From the NCBI GenBank assembly GCA_951406725.2, contig OX597821.1, positions 21,204,001 through 21,268,000 on the forward strand: 64,000 nucleotides of DNA, written 5' to 3'. Below are positions 27,892 through 42,109 of the stretch, piece by piece (position 1 is the first letter of the stretch; the number at the start of each line of letters is the position of its first letter). The position numbers and the translations under genes are program-made. The stretch comes from Octopus vulgaris (lineage: Eukaryota). The notes under the pieces were generated by a model. That model saw only the letters and a program-made list of their open reading frames with translations, did no database searches and was not told where the DNA came from.

Positions 27892-28454
27892 AATATATAT
27901 ATATACATATATACATATACATACATATGCTATATATATATATATATATATTGTATATGTATATGTAGGTGCATATGCATAATTAAGTGAACCTCATATG
28001 TGTAGCTTCATTTGCATACGTATGTATCCGTATAAGCGCATACAATCGATAAAACCACGAAATAGAAAATTTGGGAATGTAACGAAAATGAAAAAACAGG
28101 GATAAAAGAACGAATGCAAAATAAAAGATGCGGAAATAAAAGCATACAAAGAAAAATAAACAATACAAAACAGCAGAGAATAGGGGTTAGGATTAAATGA
28201 AAAAAGGACCTACAAAGTGGAACAAACGAATATATTTCTTTTTGAAAGCATAGAAATATTAAATGGGAGAATGAAATATGAAAAAAATAGTTTCAAATAG
28301 GCTTAATTAAATCGGCTATATCAGATAATTGTCGAAGATTGGTTCGTATCAAGCGTATCGAGACCAATAATGCTAGCAAAAGGGCATCATCCTCGTCATC
28401 ATCATTAGCAGCAGGAGCAGCAGCAGCAGCAGCAGCAGCAGTAGCAGCAGCGGC

Positions 28455-28488
<34 letters not shown>

Positions 28489-28770
28489 AGAAATGTGTAT
28501 GCGAATTATTATTTCATTCGTCACTGGGGCCAAATGTGTAAGAACGTTAGAGTACTTGGCCGGTGCATTAACTGTTTTAGAGACAGACATGACTGTAATG
28601 GGTCTATAGTGAAGATTTTCGTTTCCACACTGTGCAGCCCGAGGTATGATAACTTGTGAGGGAAATTTATAGAGTGAAAGTGTACGCAAGCTCTTCGTGT
28701 GTGCATGCCTTTGGTGTGTATGTGGGGTAGTATGCGTATATGTACGTGTGTATTTTATATATATATATAA

Positions 28771-29162
28771 ACTCTTTTACTCTTTTACTTGTTTCAGTTA
28801 TTTGACTGCGGCCATGCTGGAGCACCGCCTTTAGTCGAGCAAATCGACCCTAGGACTTATTCTTTGTAAGCCCAGTACTTATTCTACCGGGGACGTAAAC
28901 AGACCAGCATCGGTTGTCAAGCAATGCTAGGGAGACAAACACAGACACACAAACACATACACACATACGTACATATATATATATATATATACATATATAC
29001 GACAGGCTTCTTTCAGTTTCTGCCCACCAAATCCACTCACAAGGCATTGGTCGGCCCAGGGCTATAGCAGAAGACACTTGCCCAAGATGCCACGCAGTGG
29101 GACTGAACCCGGAACCATGTGGTTGGTAAGCAAGCTACTTACCACACAGCCACTCCTGCGCC

Positions 29163-29163
<1 letters not shown>
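28771..29163 (-). mobile_element. SINE family 3 (small internal deletion)
   Basis: High similarity to 20018-20443 and 61386-61825. Confidence 0.9.
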
Positions 29164-29204
<41 letters not shown>

Positions 29205-29219
29205 TAGATAGATAGATAG

Positions 29220-29341
<122 letters not shown>

Positions 29342-29399
29342 CCTACATAAATATATTTATATATATATATAATATAAATTTTTAAAAATCACATATATA

Positions 29400-30720
29400 T
29401 GCCTCAAGCTTCGGGAGGCAGAATAGATAACAGGGGACAACCGATGAAGGGAATGTTCTTTATGTTGCCTGTCTCGTTTCTCTATTTGTTTCTTTCGTTG
29501 TTCGAAAAACAAGTTCGCTTTCCATGTTTTTGTTCTTTTATGTTCTCCTTTTTTATTTGTTCACGTATTTTTTGCCGTCCTGTACCCATATATGCATGTA
29601 TATATACTCTTTTTACTCTTTTACTTGTTTCAGTCATTTGACTGCGGCCATGCTGGAGCACCGCTTTTAATCGTGCAACTCGACCCCGGGACTTATTCTT
29701 TTGTAAGCCCAGTACTTATTCTATTGGTCTCTTTTGCCGAACCGCTAAGTCACGGGGACATAAGCACACCACCATCGGTTGTCAAGCAATGCTAGGGGGA
29801 CAAACACAGACACACAAACACACATACGCACATATATATATGCATATATATATATACATATATACGACGGGCTTCTTTCAGTTTCCGTCTACCAAATCCA
29901 CTCACAAGGCTTTGGTCGGCCCAAGACTATAGTAGAAGACACTTGCTAAAGGTGCCACACAGTGGGACTGAACCCGGAACCATGTGGTTGGTAAACAAGC
30001 TACTTACCACACAGCCACTCCTGCGCCTATATACATACATATATACATAGGTATGTACATATATGTATGTATATATGAATATATATGTATATATATGTGT
30101 ATGTGTGTGTGCGCGCGTGTGTGTGTGTGTTTGCGTGTGTGTGTATGATTATTATTATATGATTACAGGACGTCACAAAACGTAAACAACATGAAATACG
30201 AAGACAAATTTGGGTATGCAAATAATGAGAGAAACAAATGGAGAACAAAACAAATAACATAAAGAATGTCCCTCCATCAGTTGTCAGCTGTCCATCTACT
30301 CCTCATTAGAATATTTAACAACAATATGAGACTTCGGAAAGCAGTTGCTTCCAAAATAAAATTTGGGATTTGCGGAGGATCAAAGTTGGTAACAAAAACA
30401 GGACAGCGGAGACATACAACAAACCAAACGAAAACAAACACGGAGGGCCATTAGGCCAGACGAGGTAAGGTAGTGAACGCTGGATGAATATTGTGTTCGA
30501 CAAGAGAAAAGATAGAAGAGGAGACAGATAAGAATGCGTCTGGTCTGTTCGACAGATGAAGGAACAGAAAGTATCTCTTTATTTCTGATGTTCATTCCAC
30601 TGGGAACCATATTTTATAAAACTTCCATTCCATTAGTGATACCTTGGAACTTAAGAACTGTATTATAGTGTCTTTTTGTATTATATACATTTTGCTGTGG
30701 TATTTTGCATCCACCTCTGA
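29400..30720. mobile_element. Two inverted, diverged copies of a TA-embedded repeat (29420-29588 + and 30163-30300 -), probably PLE terminal repeats
   Basis: agata..gacaa(c/t)gatg.aggga..ttctttatgtt...cgtcctgta present in opposite orientations around the SINE at 29605-30028. Confidence 0.55.
29605..30028 (-). mobile_element. SINE family 3, full length
   Basis: Complete head AGGCGCAGGAGTGGCTGTGTGGTAAG through the tail. Confidence 0.92.
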
Positions 30721-31081
30721 TAAAAGTAAGACTCAATAATAAATTAGGCCTATAAAGGTGTTTTCGTCAAAGATGGAAGTAAAATACAGTTTATTGAACG
30801 GATTTTAATATGGTTTAGAAAGATAGTTTCAAAAAGGGACAAAGTCATGACATTCCAGTAAAGATAAACGCAAAGTTCGCATCCACATTAATGGAAATTT
30901 ATGAGAAAATAAAAAGCCACTATTAGCAATGAAGTGACACATTCAAATACTCGTGAGAGCACTGATGCATTTGATTATACCGCAAGGATGGTAATCCAAG
31001 AAGCAAAAGTTTCTTTGTCTGACAAACCAATGATTTTACTTTCGAAGTATACTTAATCGTAAAGAACTTTTCACGCTGTAG

Positions 31082-31220
31082 AATACGAAGCAAAATGGTG
31101 AATCGATTCCAGCATCTAATAATGTTAACGATATTTTATCATCTGCGCGATTAGGTGCAACAGGCTGCGGTGAAATATTTTCAGCTCTAGATTGTAGTGA
31201 GGAAGGCAGCCATAGAGAAT
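31082..31220 (+). CDS. Candidate internal exon (NTKQNGESIPASNNVNDILSSARLGATGCGEIFSALDCSEEGSHRE), product unknown
   Basis: Open frame of 46 codons between a weak acceptor (acgctgtag) and a good donor (gtgagt) in non-repetitive sequence. Confidence 0.2.
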
Positions 31221-31476
31221 GTGAGTAGTTTCACAAAAAAATACTGAATTTTTTAAGAATGCAAATACTGGCCACAATAATTTAAAATATCCTCTTTCCG
31301 TCTTGTGCTAAAATGTACATGAACAAACTGTATTCTGATAAATAGGTGCATACATACGTATTTATGCATATATGTGCATGTATGTATATATACATACATG
31401 CACACACATACACATACACACATATATATTCATATATATATATATATATACCCATGTGTGTGTGTATATTATTGAA

Positions 31477-31881
31477 CCTGCTTCAGTCATTTGACAGCGG
31501 ACATGCTAAAGCACCGCCTTTAGTCGAATAAATCGACTCCAGGACTTATTCTTTGCAAGCCTAGTATTTATTGTTTCGGTCTCTTTTGTTGAACCGCTAA
31601 GTTACGGGGACGAAAATACACTAACATCGGTTGTCAAGCGATGGTGGCGGGGACAAACACAGACATGCACATATATACATAAATATATACATATATATAT
31701 ATGCGATTTTTTTTCCTCTGTCTTCCCTTCTCTGGATCTTTCCTTCTCCTATGTTTCCGACGAAGAGCTCCGCTCGAAACGTTAAGCCCTCCTTTCTTTC
31801 TTTCCTGAGCGTCCAATAATACTATAGTTGTTCCACGTCCTCGCGTTGTTGTGTTTTCTCTTTGTGTTTTCATGTTTGGAT

Positions 31882-31916
<35 letters not shown>

Positions 31917-32056
31917 GCGACATATCCTCTCACAACCCTTTGGTCGACCCGAGGCTATAGTGAAAGACTCTTGCCCAAGATGCCACACAGTGGACCTGAA
32001 ACCGGAACCATGTGGCTGGGAAGCAAACTTCTTACCACACATCCACTCCTGCACCT
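31477..32056 (-). mobile_element. SINE family 3 with a hammerhead element inserted in its internal (TA)n
   Basis: SINE halves at 31477-31700 and 31915-32056 flank the insert. Confidence 0.85.
31703..31886 (+). mobile_element. ~185-bp (TA)n-embedded non-autonomous element carrying a minimal hammerhead (31753-31787)
   Basis: GTTT-CCGACGA-A-GAGCtccGCTC-GAAA-CG-TT-AAGC; highly similar second copy at 33228-33432. Confidence 0.75.
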
Positions 32057-32057
32057 A

Positions 32058-32107
<50 letters not shown>

Positions 32108-32140
32108 TAAGTATGTATATATATATATGTATATATATAG

Positions 32141-32218
<78 letters not shown>

Positions 32219-33138
32219 TTAAGTAGGTAGATAGATAGATAGATACATGCATACATATATACATACATACAAACATACATAAACATACACACTGTTAACG
32301 TCATAAGAATTGTAAGAACTTCAAGATATCGTGAGATAATTCCCATTTTCCCCCTTTTTCTTGCGAGGAAATGTAGATATCAACTATAACACAGACAGTT
32401 GTTATATTAAGAATTGGCTAAGTTGTGTACAACATGAGAATCGCACAATGTATAAATCAATTAATGAAATTTTGATTGTGCCTAGTACGTGCGCTTCAGA
32501 GAAATGAGCAATATAACAACAGAGTTTTTTTTTCTTTACAGAAAATCTCCCCCAGTTAAGGTATATCAGAATATATTTACTCTTGACTGGATTCTTAATT
32601 TCTTTATTAAAGAGGATCTCGTAAAGCGATGAAATTCCCTTTTCATTTATTGTGGAATTATCTAAAATGTACGTATTACATGCCTTCAAAATTTTACTAA
32701 TCACATTCAATTCCTTTTATAGATTGTATGACTCTTTGCACTTAGAAACAAGCCAGTCCTAAATCTGTTCACACTAATACTGTAATAAGGATTTGATGTG
32801 GCTTCTTCTATTCGACTCAAGTAAAAAAATTTGGGTAACGTTATCTTTTCTAAACATAACACGAATTTTCAATATCCCTACCTTACTGAGTAAACATTAT
32901 CCATATTCAGAGAAACCTCTGAACATGAATATTCGGATAATAATTTTAGGGAATTTAATAATATAGACACTGACGTTGCTGTAAGGTAAGAAGTCCGTAA
33001 GGTAGGTATTTCATGACTCAGTTCCACAGTGAGATAATTTGAGCTTGTCTATTCTACTATAACCTTGGTCCGACCAAAGCTTTCTCTATGGATTTAGTCG
33101 ACGGAAAATGATATAGGTCCGTCGTATATATTTACACA

Positions 33139-33227
<89 letters not shown>

Positions 33228-33228
<1 letters not shown>

Positions 33229-33432
33229 ACCTCGTGTGTACCGTTGGCGATTTTTTTCGTCTGTCTTCCCTTCTCTGGAACTTTCCTTCTCCTATGTTTC
33301 CGACGAAGAGCTCCGCTCGAAACGTTAAACCTTCCTTCTTTCCTTCTTTCCTGAGCGTCCAATAATACTATATTTGTTCCACGTCCTCACGTTGTTGTGT
33401 TTTTTTGTGTGTTTTCTTGTTTGGATTAACTT
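33228..33432 (+). mobile_element. Second copy of the (TA)n-embedded hammerhead element (motif 33296-33330)
   Basis: GTTT-CCGACGA-A-GAGCtccGCTC-GAAA-CG-TT-AAAC; ends tttggattaact(tata) like 31886. Confidence 0.78.
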
Positions 33433-33454
33433 TATATATATATATATATTTATA

Positions 33455-33708
33455 TCTTAAAAATATTGTTTAAATATTTCTGATTATATTTTAGATATTT
33501 CAATTACCTGAAGATTGACTGTAACCATAACTCGAATTATTACGAATTGGACTGCCATGAAACGACCGTAGTGTTTTACTCATTATCTTTTATTAAACTT
33601 TAAATACTTTTGATATATATTTAAAATATTATAAATTAATTAATTTTATGTATTGGCTTAAGTTTTTCATTGTTTGATTTGCCTAATAGTGGTTTTATCT
33701 CTAATTTA

Positions 33709-33715
<7 letters not shown>
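33455..33715 (+). mobile_element. Different TA-embedded element with a degenerate hammerhead (33503-33574)
   Basis: TTAC-CTGAAGA-long stem II (..ggactgcca)-GAAA-CGacCG-TA-GTG; flanked by (TA)n on both sides. Confidence 0.5.
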
Positions 33716-33764
<49 letters not shown>

Positions 33765-34139
33765 ACATAAAAGAATATAATAAATGCACGAACAAAAGGT
33801 CACCAAATCCTCATTACTTATCAGCCAAAGCGTCATTTCGTTCCTTAGCGACAATTTTGACTCCTCTCTGATGGCATCGAATGTGTGTGTGTGGGGGGGG
33901 GCGCATGGTGGGTGTATGTGTGTCTGTGTGTTTATGCAAATATGTCTCACTGTTCCAAATCAATGATTGACAATAAGAATTGGTGTATTTATGTCCCCGT
34001 AGGCGAGTGTCTCAGGAAAAGTGACCGATAGGTTGAATAACAGGGCTAAAAAACCCAAAATGACATTGATCCGGATGTTGATAGATTCAAAGAAAATCAT
34101 GGAGCTGCTTCAGCTGCTGTCGCTGCTGCTGCGGCTGCT

Positions 34140-34170
<31 letters not shown>

Positions 34171-34454
34171 ATGACGATGAGGATGATGAAGGCTGCGGCA
34201 TTGACGGTAGTGGTGGTGGTGATTGTGGTGGTGGTGATGGTGGTGGTGATGGTGGTGGTGGTGGTGGTGGTGATGGTGGTGGTGGTTGTGGTGTTGGTTA
34301 TGATATTAGTGGTGATACTGATAATATTGGTGTTTGTGGGGTAGTGCAGATGATCGTGTCGATGAAGAGTGATATAACCATAAAATCATGAGATAAATAC
34401 TCGTCCCCAATGTAAGACGAGAAATGTGTTGATCAGAATACAATATGCATATAC

Positions 34455-34505
<51 letters not shown>

Positions 34506-34602
34506 ATGTAAATAGGTAACAAAGCTGTAGATGTCTACACCTTTACATTGTTCACCTAACTTGGAGATGTGCCTCAATTTCAGTAGCTAATTCAACTGAA
34601 TC

Positions 34603-34657
<55 letters not shown>

Positions 34658-35576
34658 GTATATATGGTTATATCAGTTTTCGAGGGCACGCTCATCAGCA
34701 CCATCCTACAAGCAGCAATACTACCAGTACCACTAACATCATAACCACCACCATCACCACCACCACATAACCACCACCACCACTACCGCCAACGCCACCA
34801 CACTCATGAAGATGATGATCAGCAGCAGCAGCAACAGCAGCTGAAATAGTTCCATAATTTTTTACCCTATCAACACCAGGATTAATTTTTTCTGTTTTTT
34901 TTTTTAACTCTGTTAGGCACTTTTCCCGAATATTTCTCCAGAGGTTGACCGTACATAGATTCCAGATTAAAATATAGGAATACAGAAAAATAGCATTAAG
35001 TGAACTCATCGACATTTGTGCCACTAATGAACGCCCCAACTTTAGAATTTTTCCCTTCTATAAATTTAGGAACAATACAACCTATAATCAGCGCATTAGC
35101 AAAGAATCATATTCTATTGCAAAATATAAACATCCTTTCAATGCTTCCACCTCAGATGACACTACTACAAGGATCTTAGAATAATACCCACGCAAATATT
35201 AAAAACGGTACATATATTAAGAACAGTCGCTGCACGTGAATTTATTTCGTGTCCCTACAAGAGCTGCTTTCACCACACAGGTCACTTTTAGGTCAATTGA
35301 CCATTCCAGTAGATTCCATGGATAGCCTCTGCTACTGGGTCATATCATTCCCGTCTTCTTCTTTTTCTTCCCCTTCCTTTTCTCCACCTTCTACTCGGCT
35401 GCTGCTGCTTAAAAGATCAAACTTCAGAACTAAGTATATCTCTGCACCCATAAAAAAATATTTTGTCAGATTTGCTACTACCTACCGAACCTTCAGGAAG
35501 AAAAAGTGAGAGAGATAGAAAAGAGGAAAATGTCCTACCTATTTCAAGACTATGGAAATATTTACAAAAACATGTA

Positions 35577-35632
<56 letters not shown>

Positions 35633-35690
35633 TATATACATATATATAAATACTTGTATGCATATATACATATACATACATATATATAAC

Positions 35691-35723
<33 letters not shown>

Positions 35724-35800
35724 TACATATATATATGTTTATGTATGTATATGCATATATGTATATATGTATTTATTTATATGTATACGTATATATATAG

Positions 35801-35838
<38 letters not shown>

Positions 35839-37633
35839 TCGCATATATATCTGTATATACACACAAATATATACATTCATATATATATATATACACACAC
35901 ACACACGTTCACATACATAGATGTATAATATATAATAGAATAATGAAGAGACAGTTAAAGGAAAGAGGTAAAAGAAAATCTTGAATGAAGCTAAAAAGAA
36001 ACCGTTTCAAATGTATAAAAGACAAAAAAAAAGATAACACAACACAGCTAATTCGAAGCAACAAGAAGTGATTTGGTGGGCTTTGTTTACCTTAGATGTG
36101 ATTGATTGTTAAATATTGTAGGCGGGAAGTATAAAGATTGTGAGGATGAATACAAGCGAGTGTAACAAAAGGTTTGGAAGATGGATAGATAGAAAGAAAG
36201 AGAGAGTTGGCGATGGTAAAGAAAAGAGAGAGAAAAAAACTTTGGTCTCCATCAGACGTCAGACGCTTTCCGTTTTGATATATCTTCAATGTGATTCAAT
36301 GGCTTATCTAACAGTATATCAGACATCTTATCTCTGTTATTGTTCGTCTACTGGATTCATTATTATCAAAATCGTTGTCGTCATAGTCGTGGTCGTCGTC
36401 GTCACCATCATCATCATCATCATCATCATACTCATCTAATTGTATATATAGGAAATAGTGGCCAAAAAATATGTTTATATTTATATATATGTAGCTGTAG
36501 TCAATATTTATACATAAGTATACAAGTGTGCACGTGTTTTGAAAGGTCACGTGAGAATATATGCAACAGCTGATGAATATTTATAGGCTTTTCATAAAAT
36601 ATTTTATATATATATATATATATATGCAGTGAGGGGGAGGTAAATAAACATTATATCATATTCCTTCATTACATATGTCTGTATATTTATACACACATAC
36701 ACATATGTATGTACCTACGTTTGTATGAATGTTTCTCTATGTATATCCTGGGTATGACTTTAATATTTGGGGAGGGATCTGGTTCGTGATTTCTAGAGTT
36801 TGAAATTGTGTGGAATCACCACTTAACCATTATTGTTACCAGGTTTTCATTCTCCCGGAGTAGTAGCACCTGTCAGCCACCACTCCAGCAGGGCGACTCG
36901 ATGCAAAAATGTTCTTTGTTGTAAGAGCAAAGAGTAAAGTAACTGGGAGTGAGGAATATCTAGTTATACTCACAGCACCCTTCAACGAATTAAAGAAACT
37001 GATGTAAATCCAGCGGTTCTACGTCATTGCTAGTCATCTCGGTTCGTCCTGAGACGAAAGGATAATTACAAAGACTCGGAGGTGACACTTGTGCTGTAGA
37101 AACTATTTTCATAATGATATATGGCGTAGAGATATCTGTTTCTGGTGACTTCATTTGTCGTCCCATCTACTGAAAGTAGCATACTGAGAAAAGGGTGAAG
37201 AAAAGCTAAATAGTTGGAAGCATAGTGTAAGATACAGCTTTTGTCTCTCCCCATGCATAGAAAGGTCATTCGTAGAAAGTAAAAAAATAAAAAGCCATTG
37301 AGAACGAGAAAGCGCAAGAACACAAATTATCTTTGATGACTGAGCAATTGCTATACGTATATACATACATCCACACAAAGATGTGTGGTTATACCCACAA
37401 AGACACACACCTACATACAGATACAGACATGCACACACACACACACACACAACACACACATGTACAGATACACACACATATACTGCATATGAAACCAGCG
37501 CCGCGTATTAAACACCTGTCACTGGGAATTGAATAGCGACGAAATGAAATGATGTATTTAAATGTAATAGCAATGATTATAATATTGAACTTGATATACT
37601 CAGTTAAACGTTTTAGTAGTAGTAGTAGCAGCT

Positions 37634-37716
<83 letters not shown>

Positions 37717-37969
37717 TTGGTGGTGGTGGTGGTGGTGGTGGTGACAGTAGTTGGAAAATAGAAGTCGTTATCGGCGTCGTTTTCATCATTATCATCTTCA
37801 TCATTGTCATTAAATGCCACTATAAGTACCAACTGTACACTGGGAGTCGATGTAATTGACTTATGACCTTCCGAGAAATTGATAACGTTGTTACAAAATT
37901 TGGAACCGTTATCATTAATAATAAAACGCTATTATATATTAATTTAACTTCAAGAGATATTATTTCGAG

Positions 37970-38420
37970 GTTGTGTGACAATGAGTAACCTGACATCTCG
38001 AAAACCTTTCGATAGATGGTTACAAAATACTTTTGTGCAGATCGACAGGATGAATCTCAATTACAATTTCCTTAAACCTCTTAGCATTTCGGATGTTGTG
38101 CCAAGTGCCAAGTGCACCAATTCCAACAGGAATAATTGTCATCTTTGTCTTCCATAATTTCTTCATCTTTCTGTCCACGTCCTAATTCTTCTAAATTGTC
38201 GCAGGTCGTTTCATATTCTGCACATTATCATTATGGAATTGCAAATTTAATGCTGTTTGTGTTTTATGTCCTCTAAAATTATATTTCGTTTCCTTGTACC
38301 AATATTACGGTCAGTTTTTCGATAGTAATCCCATAAAATATTCTAACTATTTTTCATGTGTCTCGTGTTCTTACCACTTTTGTGCAACCTTGAATCGAGC
38401 AACTTAGCTAACATCACAAT
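37970..38420 (-). pseudogene. Old R4-type RLE fragment
   Basis: Minus translation ILWDYYRKTDRNIGTRKRNIIL...KKLWKTKMTIIPVGIGALG. Confidence 0.6.
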
Positions 38421-39789
38421 GAACACATTTCACTTCACAGTCGTGCCAACTCATACACTCTTCTTGTGCTAGCGTATTGCACTCACTTACGGGATAGCTT
38501 TCCTTCCGTGTTCATTCTTTATTGTAATATCATTTGAAAGTGAACAATTGAGCTTTTCCTTTATTGTGCTGTTAGTATTGTTATTTTGTTTGCGAGATTT
38601 TTTCTTCTTGTCTTTTGAATAGTTCATGTGTGCAGTAAATTTTAGATGATGATTGTTTCTTACGTTTTATGGATGCTTTATTATGCGTTTTAGTATGAGT
38701 TGTTGACTGTGAAAAGAATCTGTTGTTGAGTTGCAATATATTCCTGGGCGACACAATTTTTTCCAGTAGTATTTTTACGACGTTTTGTCTAAAGTATGAC
38801 CGTGTGTGTGTGTATGTCTGTATGTGTGTCTACGTGTATGTTCATTGAATGATCAATTTGATATGCAACCAACAATATGGTTAATATCTGACACAAGTCA
38901 ATCAAATAATGGTGATCATAAATATATCTCAATTATTTGTTATTCACTATTATTTGACTGTATGATAAAATACTCTCTCAGTTTCTAAGTCAGCCATTTC
39001 ATGAATAACTTTTGTCCCGCAATTTTTTATTATAAACTCGTGTTTCCTATTAGTTGAGTGGATAATTTATGGGAATTATTCTGTTTGTTAATGTAAGGAA
39101 ATTTTCTTATATTTCTAACTTTGCACTCAGTTTTTGTAGATATATTTTTCTCATATTTTTCTCGTCTGGATCTCCGTATATCATACAGTTACCGTCTGTA
39201 ACTTTGTAATAAGGAGACTTTGCTAGTTCACACAAGCATACTAATTAATTGTTATATACCGAAATCAGCACTGATACAGTGACCATAATTTATCATTATA
39301 TATTTCTTTTCTTCCTATTTCTCTTCGCCTTGTCCTATTACTACCTTTCTTTGTTCCGCTTTTCTCGCTTTTTTTTTTTGCATTGTGGAAGTTTTCGTTT
39401 TCCTCCTATTCGTCATCATCATCATTATTATCATTAATACCGCAGTATAATCAAGAACCACACCTCGTTATCATTATTCTCATCACTATTATCATCATTC
39501 TCATCATCATTAATGTATCATCGTCGCCAGCATCGCCGTCGTCATGGTCGGCATAAGGTTTACCCATCGTCAGCACAAAGAACGTCACTCACACACCTAC
39601 AACAATCTTCTTTTATCGACATAATCTTACGTAGGAATTAGCATCTTTGAAAACCTGTGTTGCTTCAATCCTGTCTGTCTTAACCGTTTTGTTTCCATAT
39701 TTCTGTATCGGTACACTGCTTTTGGGTCAATTGATTTTGAAAATAATAAAGAATTCAGGAAAAATAACACTTATTATAAAGGTGGTGTA

Positions 39790-40050
39790 ATGCGGTGAGC
39801 TGGCAGAATTGTTATATCCCTGGGAAAGGTTTTTAGCGACATCTTGTTCGTCTTTACTTTCCGAATTCAAATTCCACCGAGGTCGACTTTGCCTTTCATT
39901 TTTCAGGGTCAATTTGCCTTTCAACTTTCAGGGTCAACCTTGCTTTCAAACTTTCAGGGTTGATAAATTAATTACGAGTGAAATACTGGTGTCAATGTGA
40001 TCGACTATTTCTCTCCCCTCAAATATTGTGCCTTTATTAAAAATGATTAT
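39790..40050 (+). mobile_element. SINE family 2, tail b, with internal tandem repeats of the gtcgactttgcctttca segment
   Basis: gcggtgagctggcagaat...aattccaccgaggtcgactttgcctttca; segment repeated at 39905-39960. Confidence 0.7.
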
Positions 40051-41054
40051 TGAGAAGATGTTTGGAACATATATTAACATGAAATTTGGATGGAGGGTTT
40101 TTAATTTAGGTCACTTTAAAAGAGAATCTTTATATCATGGAAACAGGATCAGTTTTACAGGATGGGAGTTGCTATCAAGAGGATTAAATATTAACATCAG
40201 TGTCTGCATATACAGTAAAGAACACTAAAGGAATTACAGTATTTCTCCCACCGCCATACCCATACACAATCTGTACAGTTAACCAAGGTAGAAGTCACTA
40301 CGTGCGGGTTCTAATCACAATTAAATCACAATCTACTACATTAAAAACCGACACATTAGATATTGTACTCCTAAATTCAATCCAAATTGGTAAAAAGACG
40401 AGATGGTCATGGTTGGAATAATTTTATATGGGATTGCTTTGTTCTGACTGACGTGGAACTAAAGAACAACCTTTACAAATCTGCCTTAGCAAAATAACTA
40501 CTGCACCACACACAACACCAAGAACAAAAACACTGTGACCAAGAAAATAAAACAAACATTTGCCGCCATTTCTACTACTACCGCCATCACCATCACCACA
40601 ACTACCACCACCACCACCACCACCACCCCATCGTCATCAGAAACCTAACCATGTCGATTTGTTTCTAATGAAATGCATTATATTGAACCATCGTCTTTTG
40701 TTTTGTTGCAGTCATCACACAAACATTGTCTGCACCCACCTCCTCATTTACATCTAAATCTATACTCGCTTTTCTACGATATGTCGACTCAACAACCAAC
40801 CCTACTCTCACCCTTTACCAAAATCTGTAGAATCACAAGCATCACCGCCACCATCATCTGCTACATCACCTATCATTGCACGACAATTGAAAGCTATAGA
40901 ATCAATGGGTATTGAACTCATTACCTGTCAATTCACTGCTAACCGTAAACAGATTTAATGACTTCCAATACTTTATCTGTGTCTACCTAACTCTTTCCCC
41001 CTCTCTCTCTCTCCTGTTTTCTTTTCCTTCTGTCTGACTTTCTCTGTCGTATAA

Positions 41055-41097
<43 letters not shown>

Positions 41098-41324
41098 TGT
41101 GAGTGTATGTGTGTGTCTGTCTGTCTGTGTATATAAACATGTGTATATTGTATGTATGTATTTATGTGCATATACATATGTATGTATGTATGTATGTGTA
41201 TATATATATATATGCATGCATAGACACATACACACACACATATATATAATGTATATATACATATATTTATACTCATATGTATATATATATACATATATAA
41301 TATATATATATACACATATACTCA

Positions 41325-41409
<85 letters not shown>

Positions 41410-41640
41410 GTGAGAGGGAATGTGAGACAGAGAAATACAGAGGCCGACTCAAACAAGTATGTAAGTAGTATATATGTCTCGTGTGCCATTCGTTGTCTCT
41501 GTATTTCCTCAACATTTGGTACTTAGTTATATATATATTTTTTTACATTTCTGTCTTCACCCAATTCTATTTCTTTCTCTCAAGAATTATTCATTCTCAG
41601 TAAACGTGCTACATACATACATACCAGCACACAAACATGT

Positions 41641-41741
<101 letters not shown>

Positions 41742-41833
41742 CATATATATACATACTTAAATAAATATATATATGCATACATACATATATATAAATACAT
41801 ATGTTTACACACACACATATATATATATATGTG

Positions 41834-41884
<51 letters not shown>

Positions 41885-42044
41885 TGCGTACACCCGTAAG
41901 AACATACGTCCACACATACATTTAAATATGACAAATTGCTTAACACATCGTGTTATTTTTTTCTCCTAACAACCCTATTGTAAATGCTATTAAACTTCTA
42001 TATACACATATGACGTTTTTTTGTGTGCATGTCTCTGCCTACAT

Positions 42045-42109
<65 letters not shown>

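Larger units (their letters stand above)
32975..34100 (+). mobile_element. Old SINE family 3 copy split by nested inserts in its internal microsatellite
   Basis: 5' half (ttctactataaccttggtccgaccaaagc...cgtcgtata) at 32975-33130; 3' half (tgacaa..ggtgtatttatgtccccgta..gaccgatag) at 33920-34100. Confidence 0.6.

Noticed and set aside
32402-32950. 102-aa minus-strand ORF
   Set aside because: No recognisable domain; more likely an old L1-type 3' remnant than a host exon
35230-35500. Minus-strand polypyrimidine acceptor followed by a short acidic ORF ([10 protein letters not shown]...DMTQ*)
   Set aside because: Only 39 codons, low complexity and no supporting donor
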